Source: Trichodelitschia bisporula
Lineage: Eukaryota
Assembly: GCA_010356995.1 (NCBI GenBank)
Contig: ML996699.1
Location: forward strand, 881,646 to 924,217
Reading direction: 5' to 3'
DNA length: 42,572 nucleotides
Shown: piece after piece, positions 1-11,718 of the stretch
How positions within the stretch are numbered: the stretch's first letter is position 1
Layout: the number at the start of each line of letters is the position of its first letter
Position numbers and translations under genes: made by a program
The notes under the pieces: generated by a model
Databases searched by the model: none
Told to the model about the DNA's origin: nothing
The model's input: the letters and a program-made list of their open reading frames with translations, nothing else

Positions 1-1097
1 CTGCGTCAGCGGAATGCGCTCCATCTCCCCATCCTCGCCCTCTCCAAATCCACCCTCCTCTTCGTCAAGTACTTTCCGTCTCTCCTCCCCACCGCCCACA
101 GGGTACGGCTCATCGCACCGCGTGCCACTGAGCGCAGGGAAGTACCGGCGATACGAAAACAGCGCGATCGCAAGACCCAGCGCGGACCCCGCACTCACAT
201 CCCAAACATCATGTCTATAATCCTCACACCTGGAAATCGCAATCAGGGCCGCGCCGAGTAGGGGAGCGAAGGACAGGAGCGCGGGGGCGAGTTCGGCCCG
301 GGGCCGCAGAACGCGGAATTGCCCTGTGAGGAGGAGGGAGAGGAAGCCGAGCCCCGCGAAGGCGAAGGAGCTGTGTCCGGAGGGGAAGGAGCGCCAGCCG
401 TCGTGGAGGGTGTGGTGGTTTGTCTCCGTGCATACATCTACAGTAACGAGACTGTGCGCGGGGGTTCCCTTCGCCTATACAGCGGTCAGCGACTCAGCGA
501 CTCAGCGGCGCAGCGACTCCAGGCGCTTGACACAAGGTGACAGTGAAAGGGAGAGGGGGACATACGGGCTTACACCGCGCGATAAGATCCGGTCTCGGGC
601 GCCCGACCGCGTTCTTGATAATGTCGGTCACGAAGCCCGCAAGCACGAGGCTGATGAGTAGGCCTAGGACTGCGACGCGGATTTTGTGCAAGTCGGGCCG
701 GGCGAGTAGCCCCCAGAGGGCGATGACGGCGAGGGGCAGGCCGAGGGCGTAGGCGAACAGCCAGGCTTCAGCTGTCAGCAAACATAGCACAGATATTGTG
801 GGTGCAACCGTAGACGTACGGAGTGGTACCCGTTCGATCTCCGCGTGGGGATACTGAATCGCGAGGTTGGAGAGGAAGAACATGCGGTGGAAGGGCTCGA
901 TGTAGATCTGCACGCCTAGGTAGGCGAGGAGGAGGAGGAGCAGGACGAGGACATCGGAGGCGTAAGATCTCTGTGCGTGTTACATTAGCTGTGGCATCGC
1001 GATGGAGAGATAGACTCACACGCCAGAAGCTCCGCAGGGAGTTCACGATCCCGCCGCTTTCGCGGGCCATGCTTGCGCGGCGGATGCCTGGTGCCAT
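1..1097 (-). CDS. PAP2-family lipid phosphate / diacylglycerol pyrophosphate phosphatase (DPP1/LPP1-like); spliced, 3' end runs off the window
   Basis: ATG at 1097; introns about 1019-971, 819-767 and 564-475 (GTGAGT/GTACGT/GTATGT donors). The spliced protein has all three PAP2 motifs: KNAVGRPRP, SFPSGHSS and SRCEDYRHDVWDV, plus hydrophobic helices. The frame stays open to base 1. Confidence 0.93.
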
Positions 1098-1368
1098 TGG
1101 GGAAGTGTAGTTGCGCAAGTAAGGTTGTTCACATGGCGGCGCAGTGCTGGCGATAAAACCGATGAAAGAAGACACGGGAACGGTAATAGGAGATGTGGTT
1201 TGCTCTATCTGCGGACGGGTGATGTAACGTCCAACGTCGCCATTCCCGCACCGCCAAGACCGGCGAGCGGACACGGTCCGACGCGTGTCGATCTCGACAT
1301 ACTCCAAACTTCCCCACATCACCACTTTCCCCCTCATCAACCTTCAATCCTCCACCACAACCAGCACA

Positions 1369-2109
1369 ATGGCCGACGACGAAACCCTCAGCTTCCCGGC
1401 GCCCCCTCCTTTCTACAAGCACTTCACCACAGCCAATCTCGAGCGCCTCGCAGAGGCCCACCCCTCCAAAACCCCTCTCGAGCTCCGCGGGACACCCCTT
1501 CCCCCGCCCTTAACCTTCCTCGTCCCCCCGCCTCCACCAAGCGAGGGCAAATACCGCTCCTTCGGCGCAGCATACGACGTGCGTCCCCTCCCAAAAAATA
1601 CCCCCTCAAACACCAGCTAAACGAAGCAGCTCACCGCCCCCCTCCCCACCCTCGAAGCCCACGGCCAACCCCGCCTCTACCCCCCCACGCCCACATCAAC
1701 ACCCGGCGCCTCGCTCCAGGGCCCAAACGCCACACACCTCACGCACCTAACCCGCTCCATGCTCCTCTCCTTCCTCGAGCTCGTGGGGGTGATGGGCCTG
1801 AACCCCCCCCTCGTTTCTCAGAAACTGGAGCATCTGACGACCCTGTACCTGAATGCGCACCATTTGATTAATGAGTACCGCCCGCATCAGGCGCGCGAGA
1901 CGTTAATCACGATGTTGGAGGAGCAGGTGCAGAGGAAGAGGGCGGAGGTGGAGGGGGTGAGGAGGTTGGCGGGACGGGTGGAACAGTTGATGGGGGAGTT
2001 GGGGAGGGAGGCGGCGGCGGTTAATGAAGGTGGAGAAGAGAAGAAGGAGGAGGGGAGGTGGGAGGATGAGCAGCGGAATGTGTGGGCGGCGCTTGAGGAG
2101 GTTATGTAG
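1369..2109 (+). CDS. MED7: Mediator of RNA polymerase II transcription subunit 7
   Basis: Exon 1 (1369-1578) has FPAPPPFYKHFT and YRSFG; intron 1579-1629 (GTGCGT..GCTAA..CAG); exon 2 has the MED7 signature NAHHLINEYRPHQARETLI. Confidence 0.95.
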
Positions 2110-2469
2110 GAAATGACATGGAAAGGGACGGCGTTCGGATGATACCCTCGGCCTTTATGGGCGCGACATGCTACTTGTATAACCTAGATAGCAAACATTA
2201 GTATTGGCTTCATGCCCATCAAGTTCATCACGTCCATCACATCAAGCACCAGACCGTGAAACGACGTCAAACACGCCGCATTTGTATCCTGCACTACCTA
2301 ACCCCTCATCGCCCTATTACAGATCCAGTCGTCCAGCCCCAGCGTTTCGATGAAAAAAAAAGCCCAGTCGCAAAAGTAAAAACCCCCGCGCCGCCCATCT
2401 CATACGCCACACGCCCTCGTGCTAAAACTACCATGGAATCAATAGGGGATAAGAAAGTCCGAGCCCCAA

Positions 2470-5311
2470 CTAAGAGCCCGCGACAATCGCGCTCAAGTAC
2501 CCCTCGGAGGTCAGACGGGACGGATCGAACGGCACCGAAGGAGCAGCAGCGGCGTTCATCTGCAGCTGCTGCGCAGCCTGGGCGGCGGCGGCGGCGGCAG
2601 TTGCGAAGTCCGAGCTCGAGCCACCAGATTCCTCGGTCGTAGTCCCGACAGCCGCATTGGCGAGGTGCTCGAGGCCCATAGTCGGTGAGGTAGAGTTCCC
2701 GTTGGCATCGGTGCGCTTGCGGGCGAGGAAGTCGCGGATCGCAGCCTCGAAGCTCTGGCTGTCGTGAGGGGAGCACAGCTGCTGCAGGGACTCGTCGAGA
2801 ACCCCCAAAAGACGCTTGGCCTCGTCCTTGGTCTCTGTGAACTCGGCCAGCTGGACCAGCACGTGCGCCGCCAGGCCGGCAAAGTGGTGCGTCAGCGGGT
2901 TCATCGTCGAGGACTGAACGAGCAGCTCCGAGATACGCTTGAGAGGGTGCAAGAGGCCGGCGGGGGTGGACACGGGCCAGTACTTGAGCTCGATGACCGT
3001 CCAGGTGTACCAGAACGTCAGCTGCAGCACGAGGTCAGAGGCAAGGTCGTTCGGCCCGAGGATTTCCTGGAGCATGTCCTGGTCATCGGTCTTGATACGG
3101 CGCATCGCGTCGACCTGTTTCTCTGTCATGAACCACGGCTTGTACTGGTTCAGGATCTCGCCCAGCGCGGGGTGGAAGACCATGGTGCCGCCATCGGTCT
3201 GACCACGATCGTCGGTGACGCGGGTGCGCTTGAGCTTGTACAGGATCCGAGCAGTCCCTTAAACTGAATTAGCTTAATTTCCCAGACACTTGGAGAAAAA
3301 CTTACGGGCCAGCTTGTAGAAGCGGTTCGGGTAGAGCTGCGCATCTTCCGGGAAGACAGTCACCTGGGGCAGGTTGAAGACGCTGTCCGTCTTCCTGTTA
3401 CCGAGCGCCATGAACGCGTCGAAGATGTGGATGGTCAGAGCCATTGCACGGAAGATCGGGTAAGATCCGACATCTTCCATATCGACAGGATAGCGAACGA
3501 GGTCGAAGATGTCGACCATCCGCGCCTTCGAGGTCGCCTGCGAAAGCAGCTCCTGCGGCGACAAACCCCCCGTCCCCTGGCTGGTCAGGGCGCCACGCTG
3601 GGTCGACTCGATCATCAGAAGGATCAGAGTCTGCACCTGGAGAAGGTTGGGCTGGTCGGTAAACGCCGCCTCCACCTGAAGCTCGTACGCGCGCTTCGCC
3701 GTGCAATGGTCGCCGGTCATGTCGATCATCCCCGCAAAGGGGCCGGAGCGCATCGTGCACTCGAGGGCAGAGGTGAACGCCTCACGCGTGGTGGGCTGCG
3801 AGTCAAGAAGCGCTGCCTTCAGGACTGCCGCATCGTTCGGCAGGAACGGGATGGTTGTATGGATCATCTCCCGGTACCTGGACGGGTCAGTTGGGATAGG
3901 CAAACCAAACAATAGTAGAACTTACAGCGTGAAAGCTGACTCGTCGAGAACCACCAGGGCATGCGGGTCGGGAACGAAGCCCGTGCGCTGCGACGCGGTG
4001 TAGTGGTCGCTGTAGCCCTCCGACATACTGTGCGTGCGCTTTTGCCCCGTCTGCGGCATTGGAGAGTACGAGGCTGCTGCGGCCTCTACGCCTTGGATGA
4101 AGGAGAGGTCTTCGTGTGCGATGCCGGGGCCCGACGGCGCAGGGGAAGTGCTCTCACCAGGACGAGCCTGAGAACGCTCACGTTCGAGAGTGGAGACACG
4201 ATCTGCAAGCTCTTTTATGTAACTAGGATACGTTAGAAGGATTGCAATATTTAGGTGTGAATGCTGAATATAAGTGCAAGTATACAACGTACAAAAAAGA
4301 GCTTTGAGAAGCAGTAAGAGTAGGGGGGGGGGGGGGGGGGGGGGTGGTTTTAAAGGGGGGGGGGGGGGGGGGGGGGGGGTTGTGATATTAAGGACTCGGT
4401 GGTGAAGGATGTGGAAGGGAGGATGAAGGGCGAAGGGTTGAAAGTATAGAAACAGAATATATCAAAGGAGCATCGCGGCAGCAAGCCGCCCATGCTCAAG
4501 GGGGAAAAACAATAGGCCGATCCGCCGATGAGAGGAAGAAGACTGGTTGGGAAGGTACAGAACCAGAAGGCATCGATAAGTATCAAACAACCACAGGCCT
4601 GTGCTCAAAGAGGAAATACAAGAGGCCGCCGGAAAAATGAGGACCCGAGTGACAAGAGCAACGAGCCGGAAATATGAGGCCCCGAAGGCTGAAAATGAAC
4701 GTACCCTTTGGACGGCCCGCGCTTCTGAGGAGTACGCGAAAACTGGCACACCTGGTTCGTCTTCTTGCAAGCCGTGCAAGATGAAGTTTCGTTCTCCGCT
4801 GTAGCATCACAACGAATCTACACCACATTAGCTTTTTTGCAGTTTGCTAACATTATCACAGACTCACCTTCTTGCGACGGCACTCATCACAAGCACGCGA
4901 AACCTTGGAACGCGACTTTGCAGAAGCAGACGCGCTCATGCTGATGGGATGCGGCGGTGGAGGAGGATGGATGGGGTACTGCTGCTGGGGCTGAGCAAGA
5001 CTCATAACGCTCTGCGCAAGCTGTTGATGAGTATGCGCCGGGATTGATTGCTCCTGATGGTGCTCCTGACGGTGCTCCGGATGGTGCTCCGGATGATGCT
5101 CTGGATGGTGCTCTTGATGGCCGTTTTCCTGGAGGTTGGGATTGATGTTCGCCAATTCATCACTGAGCTGCATAGGAGGCAACTGTTCATGCGTAACGTT
5201 GATGGTCTGGCCCTCAGCAGTAGGAGACACGCCGCCGTTGCTGTAGAACGGTCCTGCACCGGCACGCGTCTGCGCAGCGTTGGGAGACGGGTATGACTGG
5301 CGGTCAGTCAT
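2470..5311 (-). CDS. Zn(II)2Cys6 transcription factor, RGT1-like
   Basis: Splicing of introns 4867-4818, 4704-4223, 3925-3878 and about 3305-3260 gives KVSRACDECRRKKIRCDA...CTACKKTNQVCQFSRTPQKRGPSKGYIKELADR. The KRGPSKGY linker is typical of Rgt1-type proteins. Stop at 2470. Confidence 0.9.
4323..4379. repeat. Two poly-G tracts (about 22 and 25 nt) separated by TGGTTTTAAA, in intron 2 of the Zn2Cys6 gene
   Basis: Directly visible in the sequence. Confidence 0.95.
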
Positions 5312-8096
5312 GGTGGATGCTTGCGAATTTCAATGCAGAAGGATGAGGATGAGGAGATGCGAAGTTGCAGGTTGGGGATGAAGCGCGTTCGTTTGCACGA
5401 TGTCTGTCAGTGCCTTCAGCTGCACGGCTTGGCGATGGTGGAAAACGCGTTCGCCAGGTTGGTGTCGGCAGAAAACTGCGGAAGGGGCACGGAAATTAGG
5501 CCAAAGTGGCGGGCACCGGCCAGTATGCTTGCCAACGCAGCCCAGGGGCAGCATGCAATACAAGACAGGTCACGGCAGTGAGAGGCGAGCTGAAGGAGAT
5601 GAAGCAGATGAAAGAGCCGATGAGATGGAGATGGGGGGACTGAGATGGGGGGTGATGAAGTTGGGAGAGTGTTGGGAGGAGAAGGTGTCGCAGAGGAAAA
5701 GGTTGTCGCTGGCGCTCGGCCCACCCTCGCCAATTCGGCCTTAGCGCCGATCTGGACGTTGCCATTGCAGAGGGAGCTGTGGCTAGAATGCAGAGGTGAA
5801 TTCGCGGTGATATAAAAGCGATGTGTTGGGTGGTTATTGTTTTATGATGCGCGCCCTTCCTGTCTGGTCTTCGCCGTGTCGGACCGAGAGAAGGCTGGGA
5901 CGTCGTCTGGTGCTGGCGGCGTCGGCCGTACGAAACTCCATCCCGTTCTCCGCGAGATATTCCAGCTCCGGATCCTCTTTTGGGGAGGGGAAGGGCTGCT
6001 GCGCCACATCGCGGCCCCGCGAGTGGCTGGAAAAGCGGTGCGCAAGGAAAATGGGCGACGCCGGTGGATGCGACCAATGCACGAGGCCAATGCATGATCA
6101 CTGGATGATATGATGAGATGATGCTGACGGAAGCACAGAGTTCACGCGCCTACGGACAGTTCGTGGAGTCGCTATTATGTCGATTACTACTGACGTATGT
6201 ACGTTGCAGGCCGTATTGCAGACTGTCTCGCAGACTGTTTTGGCTGCAATGAAGCCATCCCACAATTGTACCTGCTCTCGTTGCACGCTTCTTGCTACTG
6301 GAGAGTCTAGACACGTACACAGTACACGTAACTTACACACCCCAAACGTCCATGGCCTTGTTGCGACTCTGACCGAGAGAGACGCGTTGTTTGCCCTTCC
6401 CCACGCCATTCCGTCCAAACAACGCCGTCGATTCTCGCGTGTACCGTACGCAGTAGCTGCACCAGCTACTCCGTACCTAGCAACGACTGCGCGCGCCGTT
6501 GCAGTCACGCCAGACCGGCCTGTTATTCCCGGCGAAAGAAGACCAGTGTGCCATCACTACCAAAATGGATGAGTTTATCCAGCAGTCTGACCTTATCGCC
6601 AACGCAGCTGCCACTTGTCGTCCACCGACCTACCCCATTCGAACGTGGGACGTGGGCTAGAAACGTGGGATGAATGCCGAGGAGGACACGGAGGAGCAGG
6701 CAGAATTTTTCACCAGCAACGCGGTAGGTCGGCCACCTCTTCCCGCCTCCACCCCCATCCCCGGACGCACCGCACCCTCCCCCGCGCGGGCGGCTTGCTT
6801 TTGGCGATTTGACAAGCACTTTGAACGACGCAAAGAAGGCAGATGCAGAGTGAAAAAGTCAATTGCAATTGCAGAGTCAGCCTCACTCCACACGCCTCTT
6901 CAGCCCGATGCTTCGTGTTTCCCCACGGCTTCCCGCGCTTCGGTCAGCGTTTCGCGCATCACGCAAGCAAGCCACAGCACCTGCACAAGCTTTGCTCCGA
7001 GCGCGCCGCCCGTCGATCGGCGAGCTTGGCAACGGGATCGGGTGCGGGTTGGAGGGTTTCGAGGGTCAATTGGGTTCTCTTCTTGTGATTTACGGGCAGA
7101 TGGTTTAGATTGTGCGACGGTCGATCTCTCAGGAAGAGGGAGACGCGTCAGGGGGAGAAGAGCAAGGAGATGGGATGTTGCTGGGCTTGCAGAAGGGCGA
7201 GAAGTCAATCCTGATGCAAATGCACGAGGCACGGGCTCGGGTTGACCTCGGCTGTCGCGCCAGCAATGCGTCGACAGGTAAACATGCAGTCAGTGCGTGC
7301 AAACTTCCAGCGCCGGTCCACGGGGATGACGTAGAGCGTCAACGTTACTTCGGAATATACTCGAAGTGCCGGATGGAAGCCCGACATCGAAGATCGCCCT
7401 GATCGAGAAGAAGGGTCTCCATCGGGCTGTGACCAATTGATGCTGGCCGAAGGTAAGCCGAGAAGTAACTAAGCGTAGAACTAAAGTTAGGAAGACACGA
7501 TACCGTAGAGGGACGAGCCGGCGAGCGGAATCTTGCAGAGCCGGACGACGGACTGGAATCTCACAATAATAGCATTGGGCCTTGGACGTCCTCGCATGTC
7601 TAACCATTTTCGATTTCGCGGTGTCGCGGTTTCGCACTTGCCCGCACTTGCTTCCGCTGACGGCCTTGGGAGCCCCTTTCTGGTCGACGTACATCGTGAT
7701 GCAAGTCGTGTTGCCTGAATTTCCTGTTCCAGTGCCTGGTGGTTCTCCACCGCTTCATCCGCTGCCGTACAGCTGTCGGTACTGCTCGGCATCCCACCGT
7801 CCAGCATCCCACCGTCCAGCATCCAGCATCCAGCATGAAAGCAGACGCAGCAGACGCGGCAAAGTACCCACGGTACCGTTACCTCCCATACCCATCCCCA
7901 TCCACACCCCTCCGCAGACCGACACTCAGGTTCCTGACGGTCGTGGGATGGCCGAGAGCGGGCAAAGAATCTTGGACTTGCCTCGTTTCGTCTAGTGCGA
8001 TGCTCAGGTTCAACTTGGTGCGCGTCAAAGCAGCGGCAGTCCCACTGTGCCAGGCTGCAGTCGTGGTTGGCCACATCTTCATCCACGCCGCCGTCA

Positions 8097-8252
8097 ACCC
8101 CTCCCCCTCCCCCTCCCCCTCCCCCTCCCCCATGATCCCCTCCCATCTGTCGCCATCAGCCATCAGCCATCAGCCATCCACGCACAGCACTCCAGCACCA
8201 TCCCATCTCGCTCCCACCACCACCACCACCACCACCACCACCACCACCACCC
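8097..8252. repeat. Microsatellites (CCCCCT)n at about 8097-8131 and (CAC)n at about 8215-8251
   Basis: Directly visible; lies upstream of the copper-fist gene. Confidence 0.9.
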
Positions 8253-9132
8253 CCTCCTGGTAAAGAGTCACCTACCGCTCCACCCGCCTCGCCTCCCACC
8301 AGTCTCGCTGGCCACAAGCCCGAGCTCGAATGCACCTAACAGAGAGCCCGTCCCCCATCCCTCTGAAAGCGTGCACTGCATCTCACTCACTGCTTTGCTT
8401 GACCAGCTGCTGGGCTCACCCGCCGGCTCCTGCACCACACTCACAGAGCCAGGGTGCGGCGTTGAAAAGCGAGGCGGTGCCACTCGCCGTTCGCACCTCT
8501 CTTCTTCCCTTCTGATTCCACCTCTTCCCTCCCAATAACCCCACCCTTTCCATTTAACACCCCATACCCAACCCATCGCAATTCTGGTGTTCTCGCATCG
8601 TGAACACAGTCAGTCTTGGTCGGCCTAATCGCCTGTGTTGGTGTCTCGTCGTCTCTCGGCCAGCGCCATCCGGTGCACGGCTCGGCCAGCTCTTCTTAGT
8701 TGCCCCCCTCCAACCCCACCCCGCGAAAGGGAATCAAGAAGTTGTCACGAAAAGGGACTTTGTTTCGTCCTCCCAATTCCCCTTCCCCGCTTCGCCGTTG
8801 CAAAAACCAAGGCTACACACGCTAAGCTCCGAACGCGGTATTCGCATCCGACTTTTGTCCGACTTTTGATATACGTTGCGTTGCCCACGTCGTGTTGCCT
8901 TCGCAATTTACTGCTTCCCGGCTCGCTGCTTCCAGACCACTTGATCGTCTGCGCCTCGCCTCGCTCCGCATCAACTGTCCTTGCTCGTCGAGACTGCAAC
9001 GGCTCGCCACTCCCGATATCAACAGCTCCGATCAATCAGCAACTGGCCCAACATCAAACAGCTCACCCCCGACACATTTCTAGTTCAGCGATACGACACT
9101 TAGCCCATCGTCACACCCTATTTTGTCTAGTC

Positions 9133-10753
9133 ATGCTCATCGGAGGCCAAAAATGGGCATGCCAATCGTGCATCAAGGGCCACCGCGTCAGCAACTGCAA
9201 TCACACCGGTGAGTCTGCTCTCCTGTCGTGAAACTACCCGCGACATAAGCTGACATCCCCCAGATCGCGAGCTATTCCCCATCGCCCCCAAGGGCCGTCC
9301 CGTCAAGCAATGCGAGCACTGCCGTTCGGCGCGCAAGGACAAGTCGCACCACGCAAAATGCGACTGCGGTAACAAGAAGAAGGAGTCGGCCAAGAGCGAG
9401 CCGAAAAGTGAGCATCATCATCGCGCCGGGCGCTTCGTGCGTCTAATGTCGTCCCGCCTCTAACATTGTGTAGGCGAGGAGGTCTCTGGGAGCTGCTGTT
9501 GCCACAAGGGCAGCAAGTGCTCGTGCAGCAGCAAGGGCGAGACGCTGGATCTGCGCCTGCAGACGAGCCTCGCGCGCCCCACCCACGCCGTCAAGAGCAA
9601 GGCCCCGCTGTCGACCAGCATCTCCGAGCCGAAGCTCACGGTCTTTGCAAACGGCCACCACAAGCCCGTGCACCGCAACAACAACCTCGCGCACACCTCC
9701 GGCGCACCGTACAAGATCCCGCGCCAGCGCCCGCACACGCTGCACGGCGCCGCCGCCTTTGGACACGGTGTGCCGACCCGCGACGTGGACGCCTTCCCGC
9801 GCAGTGTCGACGACCTCATGCTCGGCGCGAACAACGGCAAGCTTTACGGGTCGCCGACGACCGCAACACACGGGTCCGTAGACAGCCTCCTCGCGATGCC
9901 AACCGCGACGTATGATTTCGAGCTGCTCTCGACGGAACCGACGTCCTACTTCGACGCTACGCAGATGGTCTCCGCCGCTGAACCAGTGTCGCAGAGCATG
10001 GGCTACTTCGACTCGAGCCTGGCCGCCGTAGCCGAGGACGGCGACTTCACCACGCTGGAGGGCTGGAGCATCCCCTCCGCCACGACCGATTTCTTCCTCC
10101 CGGCCGACCTGCCGCTCAGCGCCGCGACGTATACGTCTGACTACGCGCAGCCGCTCTCGCACAGCGGCGAGTCGGCGTACCTCAGCGCACCCGGCTTGAC
10201 CGCACCGTCGTCAGGTTCGCAGTCCGAAGTCGGTGACCACGGCCTCGTGCTCGAAGCGGACATTGCATCAGCCCACACGGACGAGCCGATTACCGGGTTC
10301 TGGAAGGACACGGTGCAGTTCCGCGACTCGTACCGCGTCAACAGCGGGGCCGAGTACGCGTACAACGGCGATGTCAAGGGCGAGATGGGGCTGGCGGGGT
10401 ACGTCGAGGCCATGGCCGCGGCGCGGCACGCATCTGACGCAACCGTCGTGCCAACCACGTCCGCGACGCCGCTCGAGCAGGTCAACGTCGGACATATGCA
10501 AAACTTGGCGGCGTTGAAGGGGAGTCGGCTTGCTGCGGCTACGGGGGGGCTGATGGGCGCGAGTAGCGTGAGCTTGTCGAGTTTGGAAAGCAGTAGCGCG
10601 GGGTCGACGCCGGTGGATGGGGAGTGGGGGCCGGGGGCGGGGGAGCCGGAGGGGATTTTGATACCAGCGGGGATTGAGGATGCGCCGCGGCATGAGGATT
10701 GGTTGTATTCGGGACGGGAGATGAGGGGGCAGGATTACTTTTGGTTGTCCTAA
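9133..10753 (+). CDS. Copper-fist DNA-binding transcription factor (Ace1/AceA/Haa1-type)
   Basis: Exons 9133-9208, 9264-9407 and 9474-10753 give MLIGGQKWACQSCIKGHRVSNCNHTDRELFPIAPKGRPVKQCEHCR...CDCG, a second Cys cluster SCCCHKGSKCSC, the block TVFANGHHKPVHRNN and an acidic C-terminus. Confidence 0.93.
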
Positions 10754-11673
10754 CCTTCGCTCCCTTGCGCTTTGCGCGTTGGATTGGGTTTTGGGTGTTT
10801 GGTTTTTTTATCACTGGGTGGGTGGTTTGGTTTGATGCTTTTGGCCATTTGCGGTTTTTCACGACGCCGGATGAATACCCATGACGGATGTGGTGTGGTA
10901 TAACTTTAGACGACGGAAATTGGGGGTGGAAGGGTGGTGCTTTTTGCTTTTCGTGCCCGAACCAAAAGTTGGGAGGTCGAGGAGCACTCAATGGGCATTT
11001 TTGGTGTCTCGCCCTTCGCTTGGAAAGAGGAGGATGGATGGGATCGTTTCCCTGTGCATATTGTACCTTTCGCTTTTTTTTTTCCCTCCTGTTTGCTCAT
11101 ATGGGTGGATGATTGCGATATGGCTCTTTTGGGGGAATTGGGCTGGGATAGGCGTTTAGACGGTGGACACTTTGAGTGGGACACGTTTGGGTGTTTAGGT
11201 GCAGGGAAAAGGACTGGTCAATAAAGATTATGAATGCTGCTTTTGCTCGCACTTGCTATCTACTCGTCGCTACGAGATCCTCAAGGTCCACGATCCCAAT
11301 GCCGACGACCGGCTGGCTGTCAAGGTGTAGGGGCAAAAGACAGAGAGAATGAGATTATAAACGCTGCTCTCGATTCACATCGTGCTTCTAACATACCCCT
11401 ACATACACTTTCATACCCACATACGGTACAGCGAACCTTCACGATAGATGCCAGAAGCGAGGCAGAAGCGAGTCGAGACCGTCCTCCGCCTTTCACGAGG
11501 AACGCAACCGACCGGCTCACACAACGCCGGTGGACCGCCCAGCCCTTCCTCCTCCCTCGCAGGGTTACAGCTTTGCTCCCCCACTTTCTCCATCGCGCCG
11601 TCCCTGAGCGTGTGACGTCCCATGCAGCCGCATCGGCGGGGCGCATACTACGCGCCTCCCGGGAACGATAGTG

Positions 11674-11718
11674 GAGGGGAGCGAGGGGAGCGAGGGGAGC
11701 GAGGGGAGCGAGGGGAGC
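11674..11718. repeat. Minisatellite (GAGGGGAGC)x5
   Basis: Five perfect 9-bp units. Confidence 0.95.

Noticed and set aside
5400..9100. Many 60-220 aa ORFs including poly-His/poly-Thr
   Set aside because: They are low-complexity translations of microsatellites and GC-rich intergenic DNA, with no motifs or consistent splice structure.
6990..11580. TTTGCTC copper-response-like motifs near the copper-fist gene
   Set aside because: Isolated 7-mers at roughly chance frequency, mostly downstream of the gene and not paired.
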